DNA of 26,544 nucleotides from a virus (lineage: Duplodnaviria; Caudoviricetes). The stretch's first letter is position 1; the number at the start of each line of letters is the position of its first letter. Position numbers and translations under genes: made by a program. The notes beneath the pieces are model-generated. The model was not told where the DNA came from. It saw only the letters and a program-made list of their open reading frames with translations, and searched no databases. Location of the stretch: positions 1 through 26,544 of the IMG/VR virus record IMGVR_UViG_3300005325_000019. The stretch is one strand, 5' to 3'. Below are positions 7,998 to 16,400 of the stretch, in pieces.

Positions 7998-8025
7998 ATG
8001 TCATAATATTACTAAATTACGACAT
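7998..8025. other. 28-bp dif-like inverted repeat, site B (11-6-11)
   Basis: ATGTCATAATA-TTACTA-AATTACGACAT; left arm identical to site A; 15 bp after the STAND gene stop. Confidence 0.65.
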
Positions 8026-8405
8026 TGACCCACGGAAAGCCCCTTCTGGGACACCTTCTGCAGGTGCCTGGGTGGGTATATAAGCTGTGCATATCTGGTA
8101 ATACTAATTAGATAATTATTATGCAAAGTTGCACACAAAAGCGGAAATATTCTTTAGGTCCCAAACCCCTCTCTTGAGGGGAGCATATCACCAGAATTTT
8201 TCTTTAATGTTCTCAGTTCTGCAGCGAGACACCGGATAGCCGGAGGCCTTGGAGTCCCTTCTTTTCTCCCACATCGTACCTCATCGGTTCCTTCTCTCCA
8301 GGACCCCGGCCCGGAAATGCTCCTCTGAAATGGTTCTATGTCATCATGTGACAATCTCTCAAAAATGTCATAGAACTTTTTTCTTGGAGGAGGCGGAAGT
8401 GAACC

Positions 8406-8687
8406 ATGACTGAAGAGACTAAGTCCGGGCTCCTGGATGATGCAGGGGCAAAGCTTCTTACAAATGGTATAGTCGCACTGAAGACTGCAAACCCGGTCGC
8501 CTGGTCTGCATTCAAGAAAGGGTTAAAATGCGTGGCTGTGGGTGCTGCCGCCCTTGATGAGGTAACTGATGATGATCAGGTATCGTCTCAGGAGATCCAG
8601 AAGGTCATAAGCAAGGCCGAGGACTACGGAGCCGTTCGCACTTTGCAGGACCTGCTCTGGGGTCTGATGAAGCATGTGAAAGGGTAG
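8406..8687 (+). CDS. Hypothetical protein (93 aa)
   Basis: GGAGGAGG upstream; first ORF of the rightward late region. Confidence 0.75.
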   Translation: MTEETKSGLLDDAGAKLLTNGIVALKTANPVAWSAFKKGLKCVAVGAAALDEVTDDDQVSSQEIQKVISKAEDYGAVRTLQDLLWGLMKHVKG

Positions 8688-8820
8688 GGGAGTAATTTTC
8701 GGGGTAGAAATCCCGCGGACGCGGAGCTTGGGCGGGGATTGCTCCCGGAACAAGGGGCATCCTGCCCATTTCCCGCGTGCAAAAAGCGGAAACATGAGTG
8801 GTTTTTTGTAGGGGGAACAA

Positions 8821-9345
8821 ATGAATTTGCATTTGCTTGGAATCTGCATCGCCACCACGGCGCTCTTTGTGGCGCTGTGCCAGAGTGCCGAGATAGAGCT
8901 GAGAGAGGATTTCTCCGGTATGGGTGAGTTTCAAACCCGATCCGAACTATACGGAGTCCAGGAAAAGGCCAGCACAAAAGACGGCCCGCTCATCTTCGGC
9001 CACGTTCTGGCATCAAACCAAACATTTTCCGGGTTCAGTGCAGAGGGAAATAGCAGCAGCTATCTTGTCGCCTCAGAAGATCATTCCCTCAGCATCTCAA
9101 ACGCCGGCAGCATCAATGCCACTGCCAGGACTTCGAGCACCGAATATGAGTGGGGCGGCGAGGAACGATACACCATCTTCAGAGCGCAAGGAAACGGGAC
9201 CGTCAAAGAGCTGGCGACTGTTGCAGGTGAAAAAAGGCCAGTAGAACTGTCTTCAATTCGTCATCGTGGGACGTTCAATCTCAACAGCTCGACCAGGATC
9301 TCATATACTGCGGATGCCGGAGATGATGCCGGAGATACTTCGTAG
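8821..9345 (+). CDS. Putative secreted protein (174 aa)
   Basis: Hydrophobic N-terminal signal-like segment (LLGICIATTALFVALCQSA) then a Ser/Thr/Gly-rich region. Confidence 0.7.
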   Translation: MNLHLLGICIATTALFVALCQSAEIELREDFSGMGEFQTRSELYGVQEKASTKDGPLIFGHVLASNQTFSGFSAEGNSSSYLVASEDHSLSISNAGSINATARTSSTEYEWGGEERYTIFRAQGNGTVKELATVAGEKRPVELSSIRHRGTFNLNSSTRISYTADAGDDAGDTS

Positions 9346-9459
9346 CTCCTGGACCGCTATTTTGTACCGATGCGGTGAAACCCTAAGATCTGAAATCCAT
9401 TCTTAAATTTGGGCTCGCTGCCATCGGGCTATGCAGCGCTAGTTGAACTTGGAGGTTTT

Positions 9460-9564
9460 GTGGATATTTTCAAAATTTTCGTGCTGCTCCTGTTATTGCT
9501 TCTCTTCTTAATTTTTTTGGGCATGAAGTGCAATGCATGGAGCTTGCCGAACATAGGAGGTTGA
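9460..9564 (+). CDS. Small single-pass membrane peptide (34 aa; not in ORF track)
   Basis: GGAGGT at 9451 then GTG 9460: MDIFKIFVLLLLLLLFLIFLGMKCNAWSLPNIGG*; its end contains the SD of the next gene. Confidence 0.55.
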   Translation: MDIFKIFVLLLLLLLFLIFLGMKCNAWSLPNIGG

Positions 9565-9568
9565 TCAA

Positions 9569-9832
9569 TTGAAGGACTTTGGATGTTGCGGAGGCCAAGC
9601 CTCCGGAGAACAGGCATGTGAATGCATCGAGCAAGACTTGCAGCACAGAGTAATCCCCTGCGGATCTCGGAAATTAGCAGGCCAGGAACGAGAGTATCGG
9701 ACCACTACAAGCCAATGGCTCGCCAGGCAGGCGTTCATAGCCTGGTCCAGGAACGAAGGTCTGGAAGTGGACCCGATTGTCTGGTTTACAGAGATGGGAC
9801 ACGGGCCGGTGCCTGCGGATGTGAAGCTCTAA
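9569..9832 (+). CDS. Hypothetical Cys-rich protein (87 aa)
   Basis: GGAGGTTGA SD then TTG start. Confidence 0.65.
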   Translation: MKDFGCCGGQASGEQACECIEQDLQHRVIPCGSRKLAGQEREYRTTTSQWLARQAFIAWSRNEGLEVDPIVWFTEMGHGPVPADVKL

Positions 9833-9848
9833 GCCGGAGGGCTGTCTC

Positions 9849-10646
9849 ACGGCCAGGAAGACGAAGAAGGAATATCAAGATATCCGAAAGAAGGTCCAGC
9901 AAGCCGTTTTGCTCATGGCGGAAGGGATGTCGGAGAAGAGGGCGGCAGAGGAGACTGGCCTTCCACGGGCCAATTTGCAAAGGTACATTCAAAAGGGCAA
10001 ACTGCCCGATGGGCTGCCCATCTTCCTCGATCAGGTAAGCGAAAGGCGGCCTGCTGATGCTGCTCACACCATGCCCATTGAGGCTGAGGGGTGCTCAATG
10101 AATGGGCACCCCACAAATCCAGAGCCGGAGATGCAGCAGAGCAACGGGCAGCTACCGGCCCAGCGGGACCTTTTGGGAAAGTTTCTTCCAGGAAATCAGA
10201 TCGGCGCGAGTTATTCGGGACCGGCCCGGAAGGCAAAATCATTGCTGGTAGACTTCGCGCCTACTGTTGCCAAGACCCTCATCAACATGTTCAATGCGCT
10301 GCCCACTGATCGGCCCGAACTCGTTTTGGCCTTTGCAAAAGAGATTCTCGACCGCGGGCTTGGCAAGCCTGTGCAGGCCATCGCCCTCAAGGAGACTCAA
10401 ACCTATGAAGAGTACCGATTCTTCGAAGCCGCAGTAATGGCTGCTGATGCCGATGCCATACGATCCGCAGCTGCTCTTGCAGAGCGTCTGGAGGAGCACG
10501 CCCGCAACACTCGCGGAGCATCTTTCCTACGGCAAATGGAGATCATACCGCCACCTGGCGGAACTCTCCATAATCTTGTCCCTGGCGGTGGCCGGGAAGT
10601 ATCCGAGACTGATTGTCTCGATGCCTCCGCAGCACGGCAAGAGTGA
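9849..10646 (+). CDS. HTH domain + probable terminase small subunit
   Basis: HTH (VQQAVLLMAEGMSEKRAAEETGLPRANLQRY); GKFLPGN and AKEILDRGLGKPVQ motifs; directly upstream of terL. Start uncertain: ACG 9849 after GGAGG, TTG 9909/ATG 9915, or internal ATG 10098. Confidence 0.7.
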   Translation, partial: TARKTKKEYQDIRKKVQQAVLLMAEGMSEKRAAEETGLPRANLQRYIQKGKLPDGLPIFLDQVSERRPADAAHTMPIEAEGCSMNGHPTNPEPEMQQSNGQLPAQRDLLGKFLPGNQIGASYSGPARKAKSLLVDFAPTVAKTLINMFNALPTDRPELVLAFAKEILDRGLGKPVQAIALKETQTYEEYRFFEAAVMAADADAIRSAAALAERLEEHARNTRGASFLRQMEIIPPPGGTLHNLVPGGGREVSETDCLDASAARQE

Positions 10647-11355
10647 GCTTGTCTCTCACTGGTTCCCGGTGTGGCTTCTGGACCTCTTCCCCTGGGCTCG
10701 TATCATCCTGGGCTCTTACCAGGATGATTACGCGGCCACTTGGGGAAAGAAGGTCCGCAATACGATTCAGGCCAACTCTGATCAGCTCAGAGTGAGGATC
10801 TCGGACGATTCGGCGGCTGCAAATCTCTGGTCCACTACAGAGGGCGGGGGCATGTCCAGCTCCGGCACTTCCGGTTCCGTAACTGGCAAGCCAGCTCACA
10901 TTTTAATAATTGATGATCCCATAAAATCGAGAGAGGAGGCGGAGTCGCTCACCTATCGAAACAAGATCTGGGATTGGTGGACCGGCACGGCCCGAACTCG
11001 CCTCAATCCTCTGCCCTGGGCTCCCTATTCCGTTGTCATTGTCATGAATACCCGCTGGCATCTTGACGATCTGCCCGGTCGCCTACTGGCCCGCAAGGTG
11101 GATGCCGATCTGGCCCGGTATGTGCCGCCCTGGAAGCAGTACAAGCTGCCGGCCATCGCCTTAGAGAATGATCCCCTTGGCCGAAAGCCTGGGGAGGCGC
11201 TGTGGCCGGAGAAGTATCCGCTTGAGCTGCTTTACGCCATCAAGGGTGAGACCTCTATCTATGACTGGGAATCGGAATATCAGCAAGCCCCCATCATGAA
11301 GGCGGGCAACCTGTTCCGGCGTGAGTTCTTCCGGCCCATCGAGGTTCTGGCGTGA
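10447..11355 (+). CDS. terL: Terminase large subunit, ATPase half
   Basis: Walker A MPPQHGKS, Walker B ILIIDDP, motif MNTRWH, ALWPE...YQQAP. Confidence 0.92.
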   Translation: MPMPYDPQLLLQSVWRSTPATLAEHLSYGKWRSYRHLAELSIILSLAVAGKYPRLIVSMPPQHGKSELVSHWFPVWLLDLFPWARIILGSYQDDYAATWGKKVRNTIQANSDQLRVRISDDSAAANLWSTTEGGGMSSSGTSGSVTGKPAHILIIDDPIKSREEAESLTYRNKIWDWWTGTARTRLNPLPWAPYSVVIVMNTRWHLDDLPGRLLARKVDADLARYVPPWKQYKLPAIALENDPLGRKPGEALWPEKYPLELLYAIKGETSIYDWESEYQQAPIMKAGNLFRREFFRPIEVLA

Positions 11356-11394
11356 CCATCGAATGATGCTATTTCAATTGATTTCTGGAAATCT

Positions 11395-11991
11395 ATGCAG
11401 GAGCCACGGGACGATCCGAATGCTGAAAGACCGCTCACGGTTTCCAGGAAAAATCTTCGAGTGGGCAGTTTCTGTGATCTCGCCACCAGCACGAAAACGA
11501 GGGCGGATTATACCGTCGTGGCCACGGTGGGAATGGACAAGGCGCAAAATGTCTATATCCTCGATATCCTGCGCGGGCGCTGGGAGTGGCCCGATGCCTA
11601 CGAGTACATCGTGGATGAGATTCGGAGGCAGAAAGTCAAGCTGGTTGGGGTCGAGACCAACGGCTTTCAGCTCTCATCCTTTCAGGCGCTGGTGAGAGAG
11701 CCCAGGCTCAAAGGCGTCGCTTTTCATCCGGTGGCTATGGCCGTCGACAAGACCAGCCGGGCGCTGCTGGTCTCGGCCAAAGGCAGCAACGGCATGCTGT
11801 ACTATGCCGCCGGTGCCTCCTGGTCTGAGTACCTCATAACCGAGTTTGTAAATTTTCCAGTTTTTCGGCATGATGATGTGGTGGATGCGGTTTGCGGAGC
11901 TGTGGAGCTCTTAAACCGCTATTCGCCCCCGGCTTCCATAGTCAGGCCGGGAGTTGCAAAGAAACGATCCAAATTCCGGAGGAGTGCGTGA
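11395..11991 (+). CDS. terL: Terminase large subunit, RNase H-like nuclease half
   Basis: CDLA...ADYTV, VGVETNGFQ, DKTSRA, FP...HDDVVDA; same frame as the ATPase half, separated by one TGA. Confidence 0.9.
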   Translation: MQEPRDDPNAERPLTVSRKNLRVGSFCDLATSTKTRADYTVVATVGMDKAQNVYILDILRGRWEWPDAYEYIVDEIRRQKVKLVGVETNGFQLSSFQALVREPRLKGVAFHPVAMAVDKTSRALLVSAKGSNGMLYYAAGASWSEYLITEFVNFPVFRHDDVVDAVCGAVELLNRYSPPASIVRPGVAKKRSKFRRSA

Positions 11992-13424
11992 GCAAGAACT
12001 TCAAGAAGATCAAATCGTCTCAGAGGCCGAACAGCGGCTTCTCTGAGCTGGGCCGGACCGGCCTGAACCGATTTGGCGGGTGGATCTCCGAGGAATGGCT
12101 TCCCGAGCTGCAGGGCTCGAAGGGCGCAGAGATCTACAAGCGCATGAGCACAAATGACGCCATCATCGGCGGCGGGCTGTTCGCTATCGAGATGCTGGCC
12201 AAGCAGGTTCCCTGGCGGGCGGTGCCGGGCGGCAGCCGATCCGGGGATCTGCGGGGAGCAGAGTTCCTGGAATCCAATCTCTACGACATGGAGTTCTCCT
12301 GGCCTGCAACCATGTCCGAGATCCTCACCATGTATCCCTTCGGCTGGGCGGTGCTGGAGAAGGTTTTCAAGATCTGCCGGGGCCGAAGTCAGTTAGACCC
12401 GCGTTTTAGGAGCCAGTACGATGACGGACGGGTCCGGCTACGCAAACTCGCACCAAGAGCACAGGAGACTTTGCAAGACTGGGAGTATGATGAGGACTCG
12501 GACACCCTGCGGGCCATGATCCAGCTCGCTCCTCCCGACTTTCAGGAGCGGCGGGTGCCAATCAATAAGTGCTGTCACTTCCGCATGTCCTCGGCAAAGA
12601 ACAATCCCGAAGGGCAGTCGGGTTTGCGCCGCACATATCGGGCCTGGTATATCGTCACCAACCTGGAGGACTTCGAGGCGATGGGAATGGAGAGGGACCT
12701 GGCGGGCTATCCAGTCCTTTACGTTCCCAAAGAGATCGCCGATCCCGACCCGGATGATGAGGACGCCGTTGCAGCTCATGACGATTTCATGGCGCTGATA
12801 ACCGGCGTGCGCCGCGATGAAACGGAAGGCTTGCTCCTCTCATCTGAGCGGGATGCGAACGGCCATCTCCTCTATGAGCTAAAACTGGTCTCCAGCTCCG
12901 GCACACGCCAGATAAACACCAACCAGGTCATCAGCCGCTGGAAGAATGCCATAACCGTAAGCATGATGACCGACTTCCTGCTCCTGGGGCAGGGGCGGCA
13001 GGGATCTTTCGCCCTGGCCGAGACCAAGAGCAAGCTCTTCGCTCAGGCCCTTTCCGCTATTTTAGATATCATAGTCGAAGAGGTCAATGCCTCTGTTGTT
13101 CCTGATCTCATCGCATTCAATCCTGAGATCTTTGAGGATCTGGAGACGCCGCCCTATTTCGCCCACGGCAAGGTAGAGATACCAAACCTGGAGCAGCTTG
13201 CTAATTATCTGAATAAGCTGGGCTATAAAGCGGACTGGCTGAAGGGCGATGCCATCCTGGAGAATCATCTTCGCAGCCAGGCAGATCTCCCGCTCCGGCC
13301 CGCAACGCAAACGCGCTCTGTTGAGAACGCGGGAGCGGACGAAGAAGTGGATGAGAGAGAGGACGAGAGCGCAAGTGCCAAGCTGCCTTCGTCTCAGGGT
13401 GAGCTGGAAGAGGTGCCGGCATGA
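11988..13424 (+). CDS. Portal protein (DUF935 / Mu gp29-like)
   Basis: Follows terL with GTGA overlap; GWAVLEKVF, NNPEGQSGLR, ERDLAGYP, GSFALAET motifs. Confidence 0.88.
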   Translation: MSKNFKKIKSSQRPNSGFSELGRTGLNRFGGWISEEWLPELQGSKGAEIYKRMSTNDAIIGGGLFAIEMLAKQVPWRAVPGGSRSGDLRGAEFLESNLYDMEFSWPATMSEILTMYPFGWAVLEKVFKICRGRSQLDPRFRSQYDDGRVRLRKLAPRAQETLQDWEYDEDSDTLRAMIQLAPPDFQERRVPINKCCHFRMSSAKNNPEGQSGLRRTYRAWYIVTNLEDFEAMGMERDLAGYPVLYVPKEIADPDPDDEDAVAAHDDFMALITGVRRDETEGLLLSSERDANGHLLYELKLVSSSGTRQINTNQVISRWKNAITVSMMTDFLLLGQGRQGSFALAETKSKLFAQALSAILDIIVEEVNASVVPDLIAFNPEIFEDLETPPYFAHGKVEIPNLEQLANYLNKLGYKADWLKGDAILENHLRSQADLPLRPATQTRSVENAGADEEVDEREDESASAKLPSSQGELEEVPA

Positions 13425-16400
13425 AGCTGGCCGAGATGACCTCTCCCGCTCTCCAGGAAGCGCCGGAGGAGGAGGTGCGCTCCGCCTGGCTGCGCCTCTC
13501 TCAGTGGTATGGAGCGGCAGAGGCCAAGGGAAAGGCGGCGGAGAACATAGTGAACGCTGCCGCCTTCGTCTCTGCAGAATTCCAGCGCCGGGGATGGGAT
13601 ATCGATCCCAAAAAGCCTCTGGCTCAGGCGGTGGCCAGATTGCAGCTTCATAAGGGAATGTCCCTTTCTATGGCCCAGGTTCTCGATTCTCTGCCATCTG
13701 AGGTCGTTCTGGTCAAGGACTTCGCCTGTCTGGTGGGCTCTGCCGTCTCAGTGGATACGCCCAATGATATCGATATCCTCCTCCGGGCCGGGAGAGACGA
13801 TGCCGGAGAAAATTTCCTGGTGCAGGGAGATAACGTCTACATCCCGCTCAGAAAAGCGCTGGACCCGGAGAAACTGAGAAAGCTTCACTTCATCGACAAT
13901 CCCCAAGGCCCTCACTCCGATCATGTACCTCTCTATTCTCTGGTCTTGCGCCGGGAATCCCTGGAAAAGCGGATAGTCAAGGCCCTGCAGCCCGGCGACA
14001 GATTCCCGCCCCAAAAGCCTCTCCTGGCCGGATACATCGAGTTTTTCAGCACCGAGGAACTCTGGCCCTGGTGCGAGAGGAAGATCAAGGAAGGCGCAAG
14101 GCTGGCCGGAGAGGTGAAGTTCGACGGCTTCCGGTGTGTCGTCTCTTTGCAGGATGGCAAGGTCTCGGCCTGGTTTGAGGATTCGGGAGAAGATGGGGCC
14201 TCTCATCTGCCGGGCATCGTCCAGGCAGTGCAAAATGGCGGCTGCAAGAGCCTGATTCTCGACGGCGAGATGCTGGGAGTTGATCATAACGGCAGGATCA
14301 TTCCCAGAACTCAGCTCCAGGAGATGCTCTGCGGAGATCCGGCCTTCGAGCCTTATTATGTGGCCTTCGATTGCCTGAACCTGGATGAGGATATCAGCAA
14401 TAGGCCGCTTGGGGAGAGGCAGACGATTCTTGCGGCTCTGGTTGATGATCTCAAATCTCCTCAGATTCAGCTCTCCAAAGGACGAAGATTCGACAGCTAC
14501 AAGGAGTTGGAGATCATCGGACGCTGGGCAGCTTCGCAGCCCGCCAGCGAGGGCCTGATAGTAAAGGACCTCCTCAAGCCCTATCATCCCGGCAGCTCGG
14601 ACGACTGGGCTAAATTCAAAACGGTTCTGGAGCTGAAGGTCCAGGTCCTCGAAGTGCAGGAGAAGAAGAACGGCTTCACATATCTTTGCGGCTTGCGAGA
14701 ACCTCCAAAGAGTGCAGACCGAACGCAGGTGCATTCCGGCCTTCTCGCGCTCGGAAATACGTTCGTAACTCCATTTCGTTCTGAGATCGGAAAGGTGCTG
14801 AACGTCCGCATCGAGGAGCTTCTCATTCTCAACAAAGGAAATGGGGAGGCGAGAATTGCCTGGGAAAAACCGACAGTAGTCGGCCCGGATTCTTTGAAAG
14901 ATGCCTACACCGTGGCGCAGGCCGTGGACCTCGCCAGGCGCGGCCATGTGCTGAAAGTCGAGGTTGGCAAAGAGGATGTTCCGGCATGGGGACGGGAAGG
15001 CGCTCAGATTGCATTCGTGGCGGCCTGCCCGAACGAAAGCGAGAGAGCCAGAAGAGAGCCGATGGTCGGCCCTCCGGGAGAGCTGTTTCAGAAACTATAT
15101 CTTGAGAGCGCGGGCCTGAAGAAAGAGGATGTAGCTCTCCTCTATCTCGTTCCGCAGGTCCTTTACGAGAAAGGGCGGCCTCGCTCTCCCTCGGAGCTCG
15201 AGGTGGAAGCCTGGACGGCACATCTCATGAAGGAGCTGCACCGCCAAAATCCCAAAGTCATTGTGGCCCTGGGAAAACAAGCTGGCCAGGCCCTGGAGGA
15301 CTTGGCGGATTTCGTGATGCCTCATCCGGCAGCCGTGCATAGATATGGAGACTCCGGCGAGGTCTCCCGGAAGATCAAGCAGCTCATGGCCAGAGTGCAG
15401 GAGGTGGCCAAGCAGGATAGCGGCCAGGAGGACCGCCAGGATGACCGCCAGGACACCCGCTCGTATGTGGCTGCCAGAGAGTATGAAAGAACCTGGTGGC
15501 AGATGGCGCCCGCATCCGGAATTGGCCGCTTCGTCTTGCAGGCCCACTGGCGGGGACTCTCCGAGGAGGAGACAAAGCTCTCCCATGAGGATCTTCTCAA
15601 GACCGATCACTCCGTGCATAGCGATCTTCGCTTTGAGGTCGACAGGCAAAGGCTCTGGGGATTCACAATCTTCGAGGGGTCCACCAAAGATATCATGGAA
15701 AAAGGCCGGGGCGAGGCCCGAATTTTGCACCTGATGCCAAACGACGGCCTGCAAGGAGCCTTCAAGCTGCAACAGCCGCACTCCTGGCTGACCATTGCCG
15801 AGGAGAAGCCCTTTGTATCCGGGCCTGGAGCTGGAGCGGTGGGCTCTACTGCCCAGAAGTTCTCCAAATTCTTTCAGCTCGATGCCGGCACCTACAGTTT
15901 CAGCTTTGCCCGGCAGCATGGCCGGGAGGTTTTCCTACATGGCGAGAAGATCAAGGGTAGGGTCCTGATGCAGTACATTCCCGCCTCAGAGGGGCGGGTA
16001 TGGGTCATCTCCAGGCCGGAGAGCCAGGAGCCTTACACCTCCAGTCACAAGCTCGAAGATGTCGTAGAAGAGCTGAAGGAGAAGGGCCAGGAGAGGCTTG
16101 TTTGGTCCGCTGCTCCCGGTCAACATGCAAAGGTTTTAAATCTACATAACTGCCCATTTAAAAAACAGAGATTCGCCGCGATATTAAAAGCCGATGAAGA
16201 AAAAAGGCTCGTTTTTGGCGTAATTTCAGAACCTGACACCGTGGACCTGCAAGGCCATGTTCTCTCCAGAGAAGAGATTGCCCGTATGGCCCGAAACTTC
16301 GAGCAATACGTCAGGGAGTTTCGAGACCGTCACACCCGCAGAAAGGCCAGGACCGAGATAGTACGGTCCTGGATTGCCAAAAAGGATGAGTGGATCTGCG

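Noticed and set aside
4461-8025. Sites A and B as provirus attL/attR
   Set aside because: They enclose only 3.5 kb of cargo, exclude the recombinase and virion genes, and their spacers differ.
11353-11355. TGA in terL as selenocysteine
   Set aside because: It sits in a non-catalytic linker, terminases are not known selenoproteins, and I saw no SECIS-like element.
11892-11987. N-terminal extension of the portal in the ORF track
   Set aside because: It overlaps the terL nuclease; GTG 11988 with GGAGGAG and a GTGA overlap is the better start.
13421-13654. Polyprotein N-terminal 78 aa as a T4 endonuclease V-like glycosylase
   Set aside because: Only a faint E..RRG resemblance; too weak without a profile search.
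13748-15919. Long antisense ORFs (399 aa, 274 aa) within the polyprotein
   Set aside because: No motifs; expected shadows of a GC-rich gene whose plus frame has clear domains.
16157-16166. TTTAAAAAAC as a -1 frameshift site before the protease domain
   Set aside because: Codon phase is TTT AAA AAA CAG, so the slippery heptamers are out of register.
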